Positions 1-12,629 are shown, numbered from the whole stretch's first letter. The stretch is DNA of 63,077 bases, filler included, from Reticulomyxa filosa (GCA_000512085.1; 21 parts of 21 records of this genome joined end to end with filler, not necessarily neighbours in it), one strand, 5' to 3'. Notes: generated by a model from the sequence alone, not told the origin. Numbers and translations: made by a program.

Positions 1-50
1 TATATATATATATATATATTTGACTACGTGCATGCATGTACAAATGAAAG

Positions 51-639
51 CGGAGAGAATTCCTTACGTAGTCGTCTACGGTCCTCCTCGTGCACGTTTA
101 GTAGACTTGGTGATATCTCCGCATAAAATGTTGCAACGATCCTCAAAGTATCGCATTAACGGATTGATTACATCACCAAACAGATCAATGCTGCAGTGGG
201 TCGATTTTTAGAATTGCTAAACATTGATGTGAACGGTTGGTTTAATGAAATGCCAAAGCCAAGGCCCGCTGCTGGCCTTCATATGTTAGGCGATATTGAT
301 GCAGCTGCTATGAAAAGTCGTACCTCCAAAATGACATTGGAGCGGTATTACAAGTCTACCAATTGCTTTGTATGTGGCACCATCACTTCACACGCCTATT
401 TTTGTGAACGTTGCCGTGAAGAACCGCAAACATTGCTCCTCTATCTCTTGCAAAATGAAAAGCGGTCCAAGATCGACTACGAAAATTTCAAAAAAATTTG
501 TACGCAATGCACAGATTTGGAGTCACTCCATGTGCCCGGGACGTGCATTTGTTTGGATTGTCCGATTTTGTTTCTTGCTTTCAAATGTCATAATCGTTAT
601 TTATTTTCCAAGCGTTTAGTTGATATTGTTCAACCATAA
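51..639 (+). CDS. REV3: DNA polymerase zeta catalytic subunit, last exon (1-nt frameshift at ~167)
   Basis: AG acceptor at 49-50. ERIPYVVVYGPPRARLVDLV...RING then, one frame over, YITKQINAAVGRFLELLNIDVNGWFNEMP, the PolB thumb motifs typical of REV3. C-terminal CysA (CFVC...CERC) and CysB (CTQC...CICLDC) clusters. Confidence 0.88.
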
Positions 640-1005
640 CACTTTTTTAAAAGACAAAAACAAGAACTTTCGATAATATTTACATAGAAATATTGAAATT
701 TTTATTATTTTTTCCTATTCATAAAAAGGGCGTTCTCTCTGTTTAATAAAACTCAGGAAATAACATAAGAGTGATATTAAGCACATTGATGCACATTCAC
801 AAATATTATTGAGAAACATAATTCATGCCACAACCATGTTTCACATATGTTTATTTTATTCTTCTTTATCAATATTTGTTATATCTCTAATTAAAAAAGA
901 AGTTGTGCAGCCACAATCTTTCTTTTATGTTCACAAAAATAACTACTTATTTTCTTTTTTTTTGTCGTTTTGAATTGGAAGAAATGTTGATTTTAATCCA
1001 AATAG

Positions 1006-1418
1006 CTATCAACGATAATACAATTGCCTTATGGAGTGTAAAGTCAGGAGAAAGATTGAAAGAATTAAAAGGACATTCTGGCTCTATTTTATGTGCGACA
1101 TTTTCGCCAAATGGTCAACTTATTGTATCAGGTTCAAAGGACAAAACAATCCGAATATGGGATGTAAAATCAGGAAAAAATTTGAAAACATTAAGCGGAC
1201 ATTCAGATAGCATAAGAGATGTAAAATATCTTTCCGATGGTCAAACTATTGTATCTGGTTCATATGATAAAACGATTCGTGTATGGGATGTAAAATCAGG
1301 AAATGAAATACAGAGATTAGATGGACATCCTTATTTTGTGACTAAAGTGAGCATTTCACCAGATGGCAATACAATTGTATCATGTTCTGGTGGTGAAATA
1401 ATTCAAATATGGAGTTGA
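1006..1418 (+). CDS. WD40-repeat protein fragment (about 3 repeats)
   Basis: Repeats of GHS...FSPNGQLIVSGSKDKTIRIWD, GHSDSI...IVSGSYDKTIRVWD and GHPYFV...ISPDGNTIVSCS. No clear upstream exons, so it may be a truncated copy. Confidence 0.85.
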
Positions 1419-2396
1419 TCAAAATTTACAAAAAGTATCTTTGAAAGATCGAGTTGTTTTTTATCTTTTTTTCTTTGAATAGATTAGTTTTATCTTTAGA
1501 TGGAGACACAAATGGACTACTTCAAAATTTTGTTTAAGTTGCTATGTTGGATAAACATTCACTAGCATAAGCGCTTAACAATATACTTGTTATTGTTACA
1601 ACAACAAAAAAAAAATCATCATTCTATAATTCTTGTAAATACTCATAAGAAAGATTATAGTGAGTATCATCGTATACCAAAATAATCTGTGTGACAGCAC
1701 TCTATGTTTCGTTTAATCCAATATACTGGATTGTCACTGCTACCTTACGAAAGGATATATCTTTAAATACCTTCAATTGCTTTTTCAGTATTTGAAAGAT
1801 AAGAAAAATAGTATTGATCAACTGGGAACGGAATTGAAAAATTGCTTGCTTTAAGCAGAACCAATTCCTTCCCTAATTTTCGTAGAGCAAAAGAAAGTTA
1901 AATGTGTTTTATTAAAGCATTATTTTTTCAATAATAAAATAAACACTCTGTTCCGTTGCTTTTCGACTTGAGAATGTACGAATTTGAAAAAATACAAAAA
2001 ATTGTGATAAGTTCATTTCAATTGAAACAACAAATACATATGAACAATTGACAATGCAAAGTCATTGGATTGCACTTTTGAGTGCTCATTTCATCCTTTT
2101 TTTTTTTTTTTGTTAATTCCCACATCAAGAGACCAAACAAGTTTCAAAAAACAAAAGCAGGACAGTCGGAACCAGCCCTTGAAGAAACCAGCACATTGAA
2201 AGCAAGAGCCGAAAAAAATGAGCACGGAGAGGACATGAAGTGGTGCAAGTAAATGGAAGGGGAAGAATTGTGTAATATATAATGTATATAGCGCATATGC
2301 GTGCACGCATGTATATATGTGTATACGTGGTGAGTGAGCCAAGTTTAGTTTTTGACAACTTTGACATTTTTTTTGATGTCTTTGGTATTTTTGGTA

Positions 2397-3820
2397 TTAT
2401 TTTTTTTTTGGCGTAGAAGTTTTGTTGGACAAGTCTTTGGATTTGTTTTTAATCGGAGGAGCATGATCTACTTTGGTTTTGGAAGTGTCTTTGGTTTTGT
2501 TTTTTGAGTTGTTTGACTTTGCAGTAGCAGTAGCAGTAGCAGTGTCCTCTTCGTCATCAGCACTGTCATCTTCCATCGTCTTTAACTTTTGAATCAAGGC
2601 ATTGGAAATGATTTGTGACTTTCGTTGCACTTCTTCTTTTTCTTCTTTGGTGCGTTTTCGATTACCCTGAGGTGTTTTCTCCGACACCGCCAGCAACTTG
2701 CCCATATCCGGCAAGTATCCAAGCTTGTAACATTTGGGGTCGTTGTCGTTGAATTTGTACCCAATCAACACGTCTCGTAGGTCGTCGTAGTAAATCCATT
2801 GATACTCTTTCATCGACTCGGGCATGGGCAGCAGTCGCTTCCACACCACCTTGCGTCGTGACCCATCCATGCGGAACTGCAACAAGTACTCATTCTTTAC
2901 AATCTTTGTGGGCGCCGTTGGTTTTGTCTTCTTCTTCTGCTGCGCCGTGTTTGGGACGTCCACACGGCCCACCGGCAACGTCAGCATCCAGGTCCTGGTC
3001 GGTCGGTGGAATATTATCATGTGCGGAATCAAGTCACTGTACGAAGACTGCCACACCGCTCGTTTCGGGAATATCGGTACTACCTTTTTATTTATATAAA
3101 CAATTCTTATTATTATTTTTTATTTTTTTATTTTTTTTATTTTTTTTAAAAAGTCAATCAATGCAATGATAACAGTCATCTAACACGCATGTTTGTATGT
3201 ACACATGAAATTGTTCCCGTTCGGACATGTACCTCTCAAAGACGTTTTTGTGTACATATGTTCGTAAGTGTCAACAGTGCGGTGGCGTACATACACACAT
3301 ATACAAATAATTTTTAAAAAAAAAAAAATGTATACGTATATATATGTATATATGTATATACAATAAGTTAATATGCCTGGAGTTCTTTCTTAAATGCAAT
3401 ATTCATGATGGCCGGCTCCTGCTCGATGTGTGAAGCGGCGACGCCGACTAAAAACTTTTTTTCGAAGCGCAAAGTTCGCAGCTGCCACACTCTCTGTTTG
3501 TAGCGCAAGGCATAGGCGCGCACTTTTTGTGCGTCGGTGGGAGGGGCTCCCCCTCCTCCTCCGCCTCCAGTGGGCGACGAGGTGCCGGCGTTGGCGCCGC
3601 CACCCGTGCGCACGTTCACATTGGGTAAGATGGACGTGTTGGAGACGGACGTGGCACTATTGGCCGGAACAACGCTAAGTGGCCCATTGATATCGGGGAA
3701 GGTCATTGTGCCACCCATTCCAGTCGGAGTGGAGTAGCCACCAGCAGAGCGACTTATCTGTGTCACCAATGATGGCAAGTTGGAATCCGTTGGACTTCGT
3801 GCTCTAGTATTATATATACA

Positions 3821-3854
<34 letters not shown>

Positions 3855-3888
3855 CATATATATACATATACATATATGTATATGTATA

Positions 3889-3923
<35 letters not shown>

Positions 3924-4652
3924 CTGTAAATACCAGTGATACTGCCTGAGGAATCTTTTCGTCCAAATACATCGACTCCTACTTTTCTAATACGATATAA
4001 GACAATGTCTTCTTCTTTATTCCAATCTTGGACGGTGAAGTAGACAGTGTCGGCTTGTCTCCACAGTGAGGTGACGTGGATGGTATCGCTCCCCGGGGAC
4101 CAAATGCGCGTGTACGTGGAGGAATACGCGCCCACGACGTCCGTGGCATATCCGATTTTGTAAATCTCCTCGCCGTTCGTAAAGTAGATATGCTCGTCCT
4201 TGTCGAACGCCAAGTGTGTCACTTCCACGTCTTTCACTTCCCAATGAGTGCACTCTTTCCGTTCTTTTTCGTCCTTTTTTTCCCCCCCCCCCCCCACACC
4301 ACATAATGAAGGTGTTTCCACCCCCTTTTTTTTTTTTTTTTTTTTTTTTTGAAAAAAAAAAAAAAAATTTTCAAACTTTTGCGTCTGAAGTGCTGTCGGT
4401 GGTGTTCTGAGTGGATTTGGATTGAGAGAAGATTTGATTTTTGCCGTGTTCAAAAATGTGATTGATGGAAGGGAGTAAGACGATATGAGTGATTTTGTCT
4501 TTTGTGCTTCCCCCTTCTAGCTTCACTCCGTAGCTGTATAATATATCCCCTGTCAGTGACGATGTGCATACCACCGGCATCGTCTCGCTTTTCCAGCTGC
4601 TGTATTTGCGGCTATTCGCGAAGTTTATTTCATAATCAATGGGTCCTGACAT
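2397..4652 (-). CDS. Multi-exon hypothetical protein (beta-rich N-terminal half, K/T-rich low-complexity tail)
   Basis: Coding-like GC-richer blocks at about 4652-4378, 4310-3924, 3806-3375 and 3083-2397, separated by GT..AG (TA)n/poly-T introns. [17 protein letters not shown] resembles a beta-propeller blade. The 3' end is uncertain (poly-A run). Confidence 0.55.
3808..3922. repeat. Intronic (TA)n/(TATATG)n microsatellite (representative of many)
   Basis: Directly visible. Similar tracts at 1-18, 5362-5422, 17236-17278, 17876-17916 and 46720-46775; many contig ends fall in such repeats or homopolymers. Confidence 0.9.
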
Positions 4653-4697
4653 CTTTTTTTTTTTTTTTTTTTTTTTTTTTCTTTTTTTTTAAAAAAA

Positions 4698-4797
4698 NNN
4701 NNNNNNNNNNNNNNNNNNNNNNNNNNNNNNNNNNNNNNNNNTTAATTAATTAANNNNNNNNNNNNNNNNNNNNNNNNNNNNNNNNNNNNNNNNNNNN
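4698..4797. other. Artificial contig-joining spacer (first of 20)
   Basis: 44 N + TTAATTAATTAA (stops in all six frames) + 44 N. Identical spacers start at 4698, 8067, 10325, 12692, 17136, 18760, 20120, 22973, 24084, 25213, 26611, 28384, 30292, 32033, 33165, 43437, 45521, 47189, 53841 and 61775. Confidence 0.99.
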
Positions 4798-5105
4798 TTT
4801 TTTTTTTTTTTTGTCTCCCGAAATTAATTGGCTGTTTGATATTAGTTTTAGGTTGATTTCCATATGTCAATCCATGTGTTTGTGTGTGTGTGAGAGTTTA
4901 AATATTTCGAGGTTGGAATATGGAAACATGCCCCTTTCCCCCTTTCTCCCTTTCCCTTCTTCCCCAATTTTGTGATAAAACATCTCATTTACAAAAAAAA
5001 AAAAAAAAAAAGTGCATTGCAAGTGATACTGTGTGGTTGTTTGTGTAGCATATTGAAGTCGGGCACCGTCGGCTGGGAGTAGAAACGCAAATGAGAAAGA
5101 TGATC

Positions 5106-7265
5106 TTATGTCGGAGAAGAGGCGGTCAACACTCCACTGAAATGTAGTTCATTGTGGTGCTGATGCCGGACATTCACACATACATGATAAAACAGGTATA
5201 TTGTCCACGCTGTTGTGAGTACTATCAACGGTAATATCAATATCATGCCAGTTACGTATATTTTATTTGAGCATGTATTTTTATCAAATCCAGAATAATA
5301 ATTCTCTTTATATATTTGTATTTATTTTTTTTTAGTGATAACTATTATTAGATCGATAAAATGTATATACATATACATATGTATATGTATATGTAAATGT
5401 ATATGTATATGTACATGTATATACCTAGTAATGCACTAGCTCCGCCAATGGCACATCCAATTGCGAAAATAGCGAGCAAAGGCCACATCCAATAAAATTT
5501 CGAAGGAAAAAAATGAACTTGTGGTTGAGTGTTTATTCGAAAATTATCATTGCGAGGATTATTGTGAGTGGCATTGTCATTATTATTTACGCGATCGGAA
5601 GTTCCGGCCGGTGTATCACTCCGAAAAATAATGAAAGGTGAGTCTGTCTGAGGTATACGTCCCCCCCCTCCTCTGTTTACCGACGAAACAGCATGTGCAT
5701 GCGTATTTGCGGTTGTGTATTGGTTGTGATTGCCACGATCATCATCGCCATGATGGCTCTGGTGTGTCATGATGGTGAGATGAGTAGCGAGCTGGAATCC
5801 CGAGTCAGCGCTGTGAAGAGGATGTGGCAGTCCACCTATTGGCCCACTTTGGCTCGGTTGCAACTCCATGGCCGGGCCGATGCGGGGTAAGGGTTGCGGA
5901 TTGCTTTCTTGTGATTCTGCTGTCCGCAGTCCCAGACGCACATCCACCATGTCATTGCCATTGCCATTGCCATTGCCATTGTCGCCCACACGTTCACAGC
6001 GAATGGTTTCGGAGGACAGTTCCAGCACTCGTACTCTTCGTTTTGCACATAGAGTGTGTCGCCAATCGCCACCTTTTTTTTTCATTGCTTTCCAAATGTG
6101 AACGATTGGAACGATTGAAGACAAACAAATAAAAAGAATTGTATATACATATACATATATATTCAAAAAATCCTTGGCAAAATAATGCACTCAAAAAAAA
6201 AAAAAAAAACATGCAAAGTGATAATATGCATATTAAAAAAAAAAAAAAAAAAAAACATACCACATGACCTCCAGCAATCCCATGTTGTAACGCTTCGAAA
6301 AGTGAAAGTGCCTTGCTATGTGTAGGATTGAGTTGGATGGCCTGTGCCAAGTGCTGTATCCCTTGTTCGACCAGAAAGTTGCCGAGGTTGTAATGAGCGT
6401 TGGCGTTGTCGTTGTCGAGCTGCAGCGACAAGACGTACTTTTCCAAGATGTCGTCGAACAGCTTGTCTTCCATGCAGTTTTCATACAAGTAGCCCAAGCA
6501 ATTGTACACTTTGGCACGAAGCAGATTGGGCAGATTCTTCCCAATCGCCGACCGACATAGACGTTCGCATTCCTCATAGTTCTCCTCTCTCATTTGCCTT
6601 CGAAATTGTGTTCGAAACATTTCATAATCGAATTCTTCCCGTTCATGTCCGTCATGTCCACGTCCATGTTCATTATTGTCTTTTTCATGGTCATGATCAC
6701 GGTCATGACCACGATCATGATCATGGCCATGGTCATGACCACGGTCATGTTCGTCTTGCGACAATATCAATACTCCATCTTCGATATCCTTGCCTTCATC
6801 TTCGACAATAATGGTAATATCTTCGTCTTCATCGTCTTCTTTTTCAATGCCTTTTTCGTTGCTGTGCATGTCGTCACCGTGGATAATTTGCATTGCCATA
6901 TCGGGCGCGTCTTCTCTTCTGTCATTGCCTGTGTTGTTTTGTCTCTGCTGATGCTGGTGCTCTTCACTCATTCTCATTTCATTGCCGGAAATGCGCTTAT
7001 TGTGATTGTTGGCGTTGTTACTATGGTTTGTGCTGTTGTGACCCATTGTCGTGGCTGCCACCGGCAAAGTGCTGGTAACGGTGGTACTATTTGTATAACG
7101 AGCATTGTTATTTGCATTCGGTGAATTGTGAGTAGAATTGTCTATTGAATGAGGGGAGCGTGGCGAACCTGCAACTCGGCTCCCTTCTGTGCTATTCAAT
7201 CTGCTCTCGCTCATTGTTAATGTTTGCTCGTCGCCTGTTGGCTTTGTTTTGTCACCGTCTTTCAT
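5106..7265 (-). CDS. TPR-containing membrane protein with His/Asp-rich tract
   Basis: Exon 7265-6261 has TPRs (AKVYNCLGYLYE...SLQLDNDNANAHYNLGNFL...AIQLNPTHSKA) and an HDHGHDHDRGHD tract. Exon 6072-5425 has a 1-nt frameshift at ~6037 and ends in a TM helix (WPLLAIFAIGCAIGGASALL). The exon from 5305 adds a second TM (IYVTGMILILPLIVLTTAWTIYLFY). The 3' end is uncertain. Confidence 0.7.
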
Positions 7266-7832
7266 TTTTCTCTTCTTTGCTTTTTACCTACCGTTCGTTG
7301 TTTTTGTTGCCCTTTTTTATATTCCTTTTTTTTTTTTTTTAGGTAGTGCATCATTATCCTCACCAGGAGTCTCTACAGTTTTCAAGAGAGAGAAAAAGAA
7401 ATTTACAAAGTGGCATCCAATTAGGAACGAAGTTTGATTTGACGCAATGAAGCAACTTCAATTATTGCTCCGATACAACGAAAAAGTTCATTTTTAAATT
7501 TTCCCCTTTTTCGTTACAAACTAACGAAACGAGTGAAAAGTTGAGAAGTTCAATTAATAAAACACCAATTAAAATTTAACTTTTTATTGAACTACCATGC
7601 TTGAGAAAATCAAAGTGAACTCAAAGATTATAGCCTGTGATAAAAACTTGTTCAAATTAAAGTAAATTTGTTTGGAATAATGTTGGAAAAATAAAACGTT
7701 GATTATTGCAACATACAACTAAGAATTTGCTGCACAAGATGTGCAAGGAACTGATAGAAATTCATTTTAGGGAGAACTTTTTGATAACTTAAAATGTATT
7801 ATTTTGTTATTCTTGTTTTATTTTAATACGAA

Positions 7833-8066
7833 TTATTCAATATAGCGTTTCTCTTCTTGAAACACTTGAGCACAAATCTCATAACCCGTTCCCGCATGTA
7901 TAAGGAACAAATTATCTGGTAATTTTTGTACTTGTTCCTCTAATCTTTCATTACTCATGGCCGTTCCCAAATACTCTTTGAGTGGAATGGAAGATGCTTT
8001 TTGATACGTTTTTCGGCTCAATGTTTCTAAAAATTGCTTCCATTGTATCAGCAATTCCCACATTAA
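7833..8066 (-). CDS. C-terminal fragment of an unknown protein (weakly RNF213-like terminus)
   Basis: Open frame from the contig edge to TAA. PLKEYL...LPDNLFLIHA recalls RNF213-like C-termini; weak. Confidence 0.25.
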   Translation of the reverse strand, partial: LMWELLIQWKQFLETLSRKTYQKASSIPLKEYLGTAMSNERLEEQVQKLPDNLFLIHAGTGYEICAQVFQEEKRYIE

Positions 8067-9946
8067 NNNNNNNNNNNNNNNNNNNNNNNNNNNNNNNNNN
8101 NNNNNNNNNNTTAATTAATTAANNNNNNNNNNNNNNNNNNNNNNNNNNNNNNNNNNNNNNNNNNNNTTGGAACAGTCGAAAAGTAAAAGACAATGCTGCT
8201 TGAAGAATTTACTAGTTTACTTAAATAAAATTGAAGTTATCTTAGAAAAGATGTTTTATGATTGGAAACTTATAGTGTACCAAATGACCAGTTGAAAGAT
8301 TGACTTACATACAAGAAAAATGTCAAAAAAGGTACTTCCTTGTCAGTGATGTCTTAGTGAGTTCTCAGATATCAAATTACTCCAAGACATTTTTTGTATT
8401 GTTGTATGAAGATGAAAATTATATACCAAATCAATTTATATTATTTGGATTTGTTGATCGTACTGTGATAAATTGCAAGAAAATTGCTAGGCCAATCCAC
8501 GTTTATTGCAAAATAGACACAAACAATACATTTGAATTTATTATAGTAAGATTGAGGTAGAACCAATTGTAATACGAAAGTAATTACTAAAAGGTGTTTT
8601 CGAAAAGGAAAACAAAAGTAGTTAAATAATAAAGTGATAAACAACTCACTTACAAAGAAATAAGAATACAGAAAAGTTAAATAAGAAGACATCGAATGTT
8701 GTTGATGAAAAAAAGGTTCCTTCGTTCATATGAAGCAATGTAATTAGTAGTGCATTATACTAACAAAAGTAATTTTCTCAGTCTTCTGTTAAAAAACAAG
8801 AAAAAGTCATCTAAACAAAAGACCATCTTAAAATGGCACATTCTATTATATATATATATATTATTATCTATTTTCAATGTCCCCAAAGGCTATTGGTATG
8901 AGTCACAAAGTTATTGCCGGAGAAACAACAATCATGCTGTAGATTCGTTGAAAAGTGTTATACTGTTGATAATATCCATTTGTTTTTCCAAAAAACATAG
9001 CTTATTACTTTTTCGAATTGTTACCACGTTATGCTAAACAATTTTTTCATAAATAACGTGATAAAAAATACTGATTTGATCACGATATTATATTGATCCA
9101 ATAAATTGGTAAAAAAAGTTTGATGTACTTCAATATAAAATTATTCTCAGGTTTTTTTAACAAGACTTGGTTTTTCCACACAAAAAAGGGTTGACCAGCT
9201 GAATGACCAAAGAGACAAAATTGTCAATTCTTTTCTGGTTACTTGTAGAAATAATTTTGTGAATTTTTTAAGCAGAAAATCGTCTCTCTTGCAAATACAG
9301 AAGTAATCTTGAGATGGTGACTGTTTTTGCGTTGTTACTAATTGTAACGATTCATTATCAAATTGAGCTTTTGTTGTTATTTGCAGGTATAGCAATTATG
9401 TAAATTCAAAAATAGCCAGCCTTTTTGTAAAGCAAAAGAAAATCAAATAAAGAAACCACTGTTTTATATTTTTAATGGAGGCGTAAATTTGAAATCTCTG
9501 TCATTTTGCGTGCTATCCTATGAATAAGAGAACAAATGAAGCAATTATGTTCATTTTTAAAAAGAGAAACCGAAATGACAAATGGACGTAAACTACACTT
9601 ATGTTTTTGGGAAAAAAGGTCTATCCCTGAAAATTTTTTAGAAAAGCGTCAAATGTTGCAAACAGTGACTTCCCTAACTTTATTTCATGGAACAGTTTGT
9701 AGCATCGAGTGACTTTGTTTTTTAATAAAAACAAAAGACGATGAAGTATCCTTATTTTAAAAAAATATCTATAAAGCACGCATGGTGAGTCATTCCCTGA
9801 AATAAATGGAGCCCATGTTTGGAACAAAATTGCAATGGGTCACATGTTGTCACAATAAAAATTCATTAAAAAAAACGCAAAATAATGAAGACACCCTTGC
9901 AGTGCCAAGTGGCAGACAAGCATAGTCCCAGTAAAAAGGAGATTGC

Positions 9947-10227
9947 TTATTTTTGATATTGTTTCAAAGCTTCTTTCATGTGCTTGACACGATAAGCAAG
10001 CTGATCTCTTTCTGTTGTTAACTTGCTATTATCTTCTTCCAGCTATTGTTTACATTCATTAACATTCACACGCATATTCAGCACGAGGAAAAAGACACAA
10101 ATCGAAAAACAACAAACACGTACATTTTTAATTTTGTTTTCCAATCCTGCCACTTCTTCTCTCAGTTTTGTGAGCTTTGTGATGATGTGCTGTTTTGTAG
10201 AGGAATCAATTTCTCCTACTGGTGGTG
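9947..10227 (-). CDS. Small coiled-coil protein, last two exons
   Basis: Exon 10227-10124 (GT donor at 10123) splices in frame to exon 10042-9947: ...KLTKLREEVAGLENKIKN|LEEDNSKLTTERDQLAYRVKHMKEALKQYQK*. Confidence 0.6.
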
Positions 10228-10856
10228 CTGTGACAGCAACGCCAAATAAAAAACGACAAAAACAAAAAATTGAATTAGTCGGCGAAATTTCGAACATGAT
10301 TCAGAAATTTGCGCAGAAATTTTGNNNNNNNNNNNNNNNNNNNNNNNNNNNNNNNNNNNNNNNNNNNNTTAATTAATTAANNNNNNNNNNNNNNNNNNNN
10401 NNNNNNNNNNNNNNNNNNNNNNNNAAAAAAAATGAACATTATTGGCCAAATAACATAATGGTCAATCTAAAATAATTTTTTTTTATCTAAAAAATAAAAA
10501 TGAATGCTATTGACTAGCACAAAGTGTTCTTGATTTTATTTGATTTGGGTCATTTTTTGTGATTTGTGGGTCATTTTTGATTTTATTTGAACCAATTTTA
10601 AAAAAATTAACCAGTTTTTTTTAAAAAAAAGTGACAGATGGGGGGATGCGGTTCAAGTTTTTTATTTTTTAGGTTTGTAATGTTTGTGTTTAGTAACAAA
10701 CAACAAAGAGTTCACTGCTGCTTGTCTGTAGAACTGAAATGAAGAGTGAGGTCTTGCAGTCCTGACTTTTTTAAAAAGATTATCAAATGATTCGTTCTTT
10801 GATACGTCATATCGTTAATTATAACCAAAGACAATGAAAGATCATTATGGAACTCA

Positions 10857-11486
10857 TTGTCAACATGTGAATATCTTCGTCATGATATTTACTCATTGGA
10901 ATATGACCATGCAAATGGAGAATCATGGCAATGGGACCAACTAATAAAGAAAATAAATCAAAGACTATCTTGGAGTGGAACTGGATGCCAACGCTACGGT
11001 GGGATATTCAAAGTACGCAAATGCTTTGATGTAAATTCCAACCGATGTGCATTTATCCATCAATATCAAGTGATTGAAAATTTGGGTGACACAGAAACCA
11101 TTGGAAAAGACATTTCGCGAGCAAAGATACGAATAACCATGCTGGCATTTGAAATACTCTTTGCCATCTACAGTTCCATTGGGCCACCAATGTCGCAGTT
11201 CCAATCCAATGATTTCGCCATTGCTGAACCTGCCAAATCCAATGAACATCAATTTGCCAATGCCATAGTATTTGGTCTTTACAAACTTGACTTGACGCAA
11301 GTCGCTGTTATATTGCTTTGGCTGCGCAAAGACATTGGAAATGTCGTGGACGAATCGAAGGCACGCAGCATCGACGAAAACCAAACTGACAGCCTCGCGG
11401 CGAGTTTGCAACAGCTGTCAGTGGTTGCTTCAAGCTATCAATTTTTTTTTATCGATCAAAGATTTTATGTTTCAAAAAAAAATTGA
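10857..11486 (+). CDS. Hypothetical protein or degenerate gene fragment
   Basis: 209-codon open frame with protein-like composition. No ATG start, upstream is interrupted by stops, and no recognisable motif. Confidence 0.35.
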   Translation: MSTCEYLRHDIYSLEYDHANGESWQWDQLIKKINQRLSWSGTGCQRYGGIFKVRKCFDVNSNRCAFIHQYQVIENLGDTETIGKDISRAKIRITMLAFEILFAIYSSIGPPMSQFQSNDFAIAEPAKSNEHQFANAIVFGLYKLDLTQVAVILLWLRKDIGNVVDESKARSIDENQTDSLAASLQQLSVVASSYQFFFIDQRFYVSKKN

Positions 11487-11819
11487 AGCATGTACAGACT
11501 TTTTCCCGAAAACGCGCAAGTATTTGTTGTGTGAACAACAAAATAATACCCATGCAAAAAAAAAAAATTACAAAAAATTGGCCAAACTCGAAAAAGTGTG
11601 TTTGGTATGTTTAAAATACTATTAATTTTGTTACGAGTTGTTGGGAAAAAAGTTTGTCAGTAGCTGACATTTAACTAAAAATGTGTAAAATTCCTCCTGT
11701 TTAGTATGTCTGCAAGAATTTTAAGACACCAAACTACCCCTTATTCGACAAGGCAAAATTTAACGTCAAGCAACGATTAGTAGAACACAGATGCCGTTTT
11801 CAAATACAAGAGTTTTATC

Positions 11820-12629
11820 TTAATTAGGCAATAGATCATAAACAGTATCTCTCTCTCTTGTAAAGTTCTTTTTCAGTTGCACAGGGTTTGTTCAACTTGG
11901 AAGTCATTTAATTCTGGCAAGTTTGAAACAATAGAAAAGTTTTCTTTGTCGCATGTCACTGGATATAACTGAATACAAGTCCGGATGTTACGCCTGTATA
12001 CATAAATATGTGTAATGCATAAGTAAATATGTTCCATATATAAAAGATATAAGCAATACCATATTTGCCATCACTAGGAATAGCCATGGACACCCATTTG
12101 GACTGAGTGCCCAATTCCCAGTTTCTGGCATGTTGCAAGCAGGCATTGGCGGCGGAGGCAGCGCTGGAAGCACCACGAGAGCTTCCAAAAATGGTGGGGC
12201 CCCGCGCTGTTGGGCTTTAGGAATGTATTGTTTGCGGTACCACTCTTCAATGTTTTCTCCCGGATTTTTAGCGTCCTTCAAAGCTGCAAGTGCCGGTTGT
12301 CCGCGGATCAATGCTACATCAATGTCATCAAATTCCTTTTTTTTTTTTTTTTTTTGTAAACAAATTCAAAATTGCATTGATGGTAAAGAAAAGGTCCTTT
12401 TTAAAAAAAAAAAAAAATGAACCTCGAAAAAAAGGGGGTGCATCTCATTCAACACAAATTTTTTTAAAAAAAAAATTCGAAAACGAAACTCGTTCCAATG
12501 AATCAGTGACTTCCAAAGTTGGAAATGCACAATCGTACAATTCCATTGCCACTACACACTTTTGGAACCATTGGTGGCAAATCATATGCGTGGATTTGAA
12601 CTCGTTGATTTTTTCCAAACATTTCACCA
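11820..12629 (-). pseudogene. MDH1: Cytosolic-type malate dehydrogenase pseudogene (frameshifts plus large internal deletion)
   Basis: Stitched across frames: GEMFGKNQRVQIHAYDLPPM..VAMELYDCAFPTL..VTDSLE | FDDIDVAL-[gap]-[60 protein letters not shown]|[41 protein letters not shown]. Introns are retained. Confidence 0.9.

Noticed and set aside
3763-3972. ORFs rich in YIYIYM / FFFF / KKKK
   Set aside because: Translations of intronic microsatellites and homopolymers.
6318-7124. Long antisense/alternate-frame ORFs over the TPR, BEACH, CEP290 and bacterial genes
   Set aside because: Shadow ORFs caused by low-complexity or GC-rich codon usage; no motifs.
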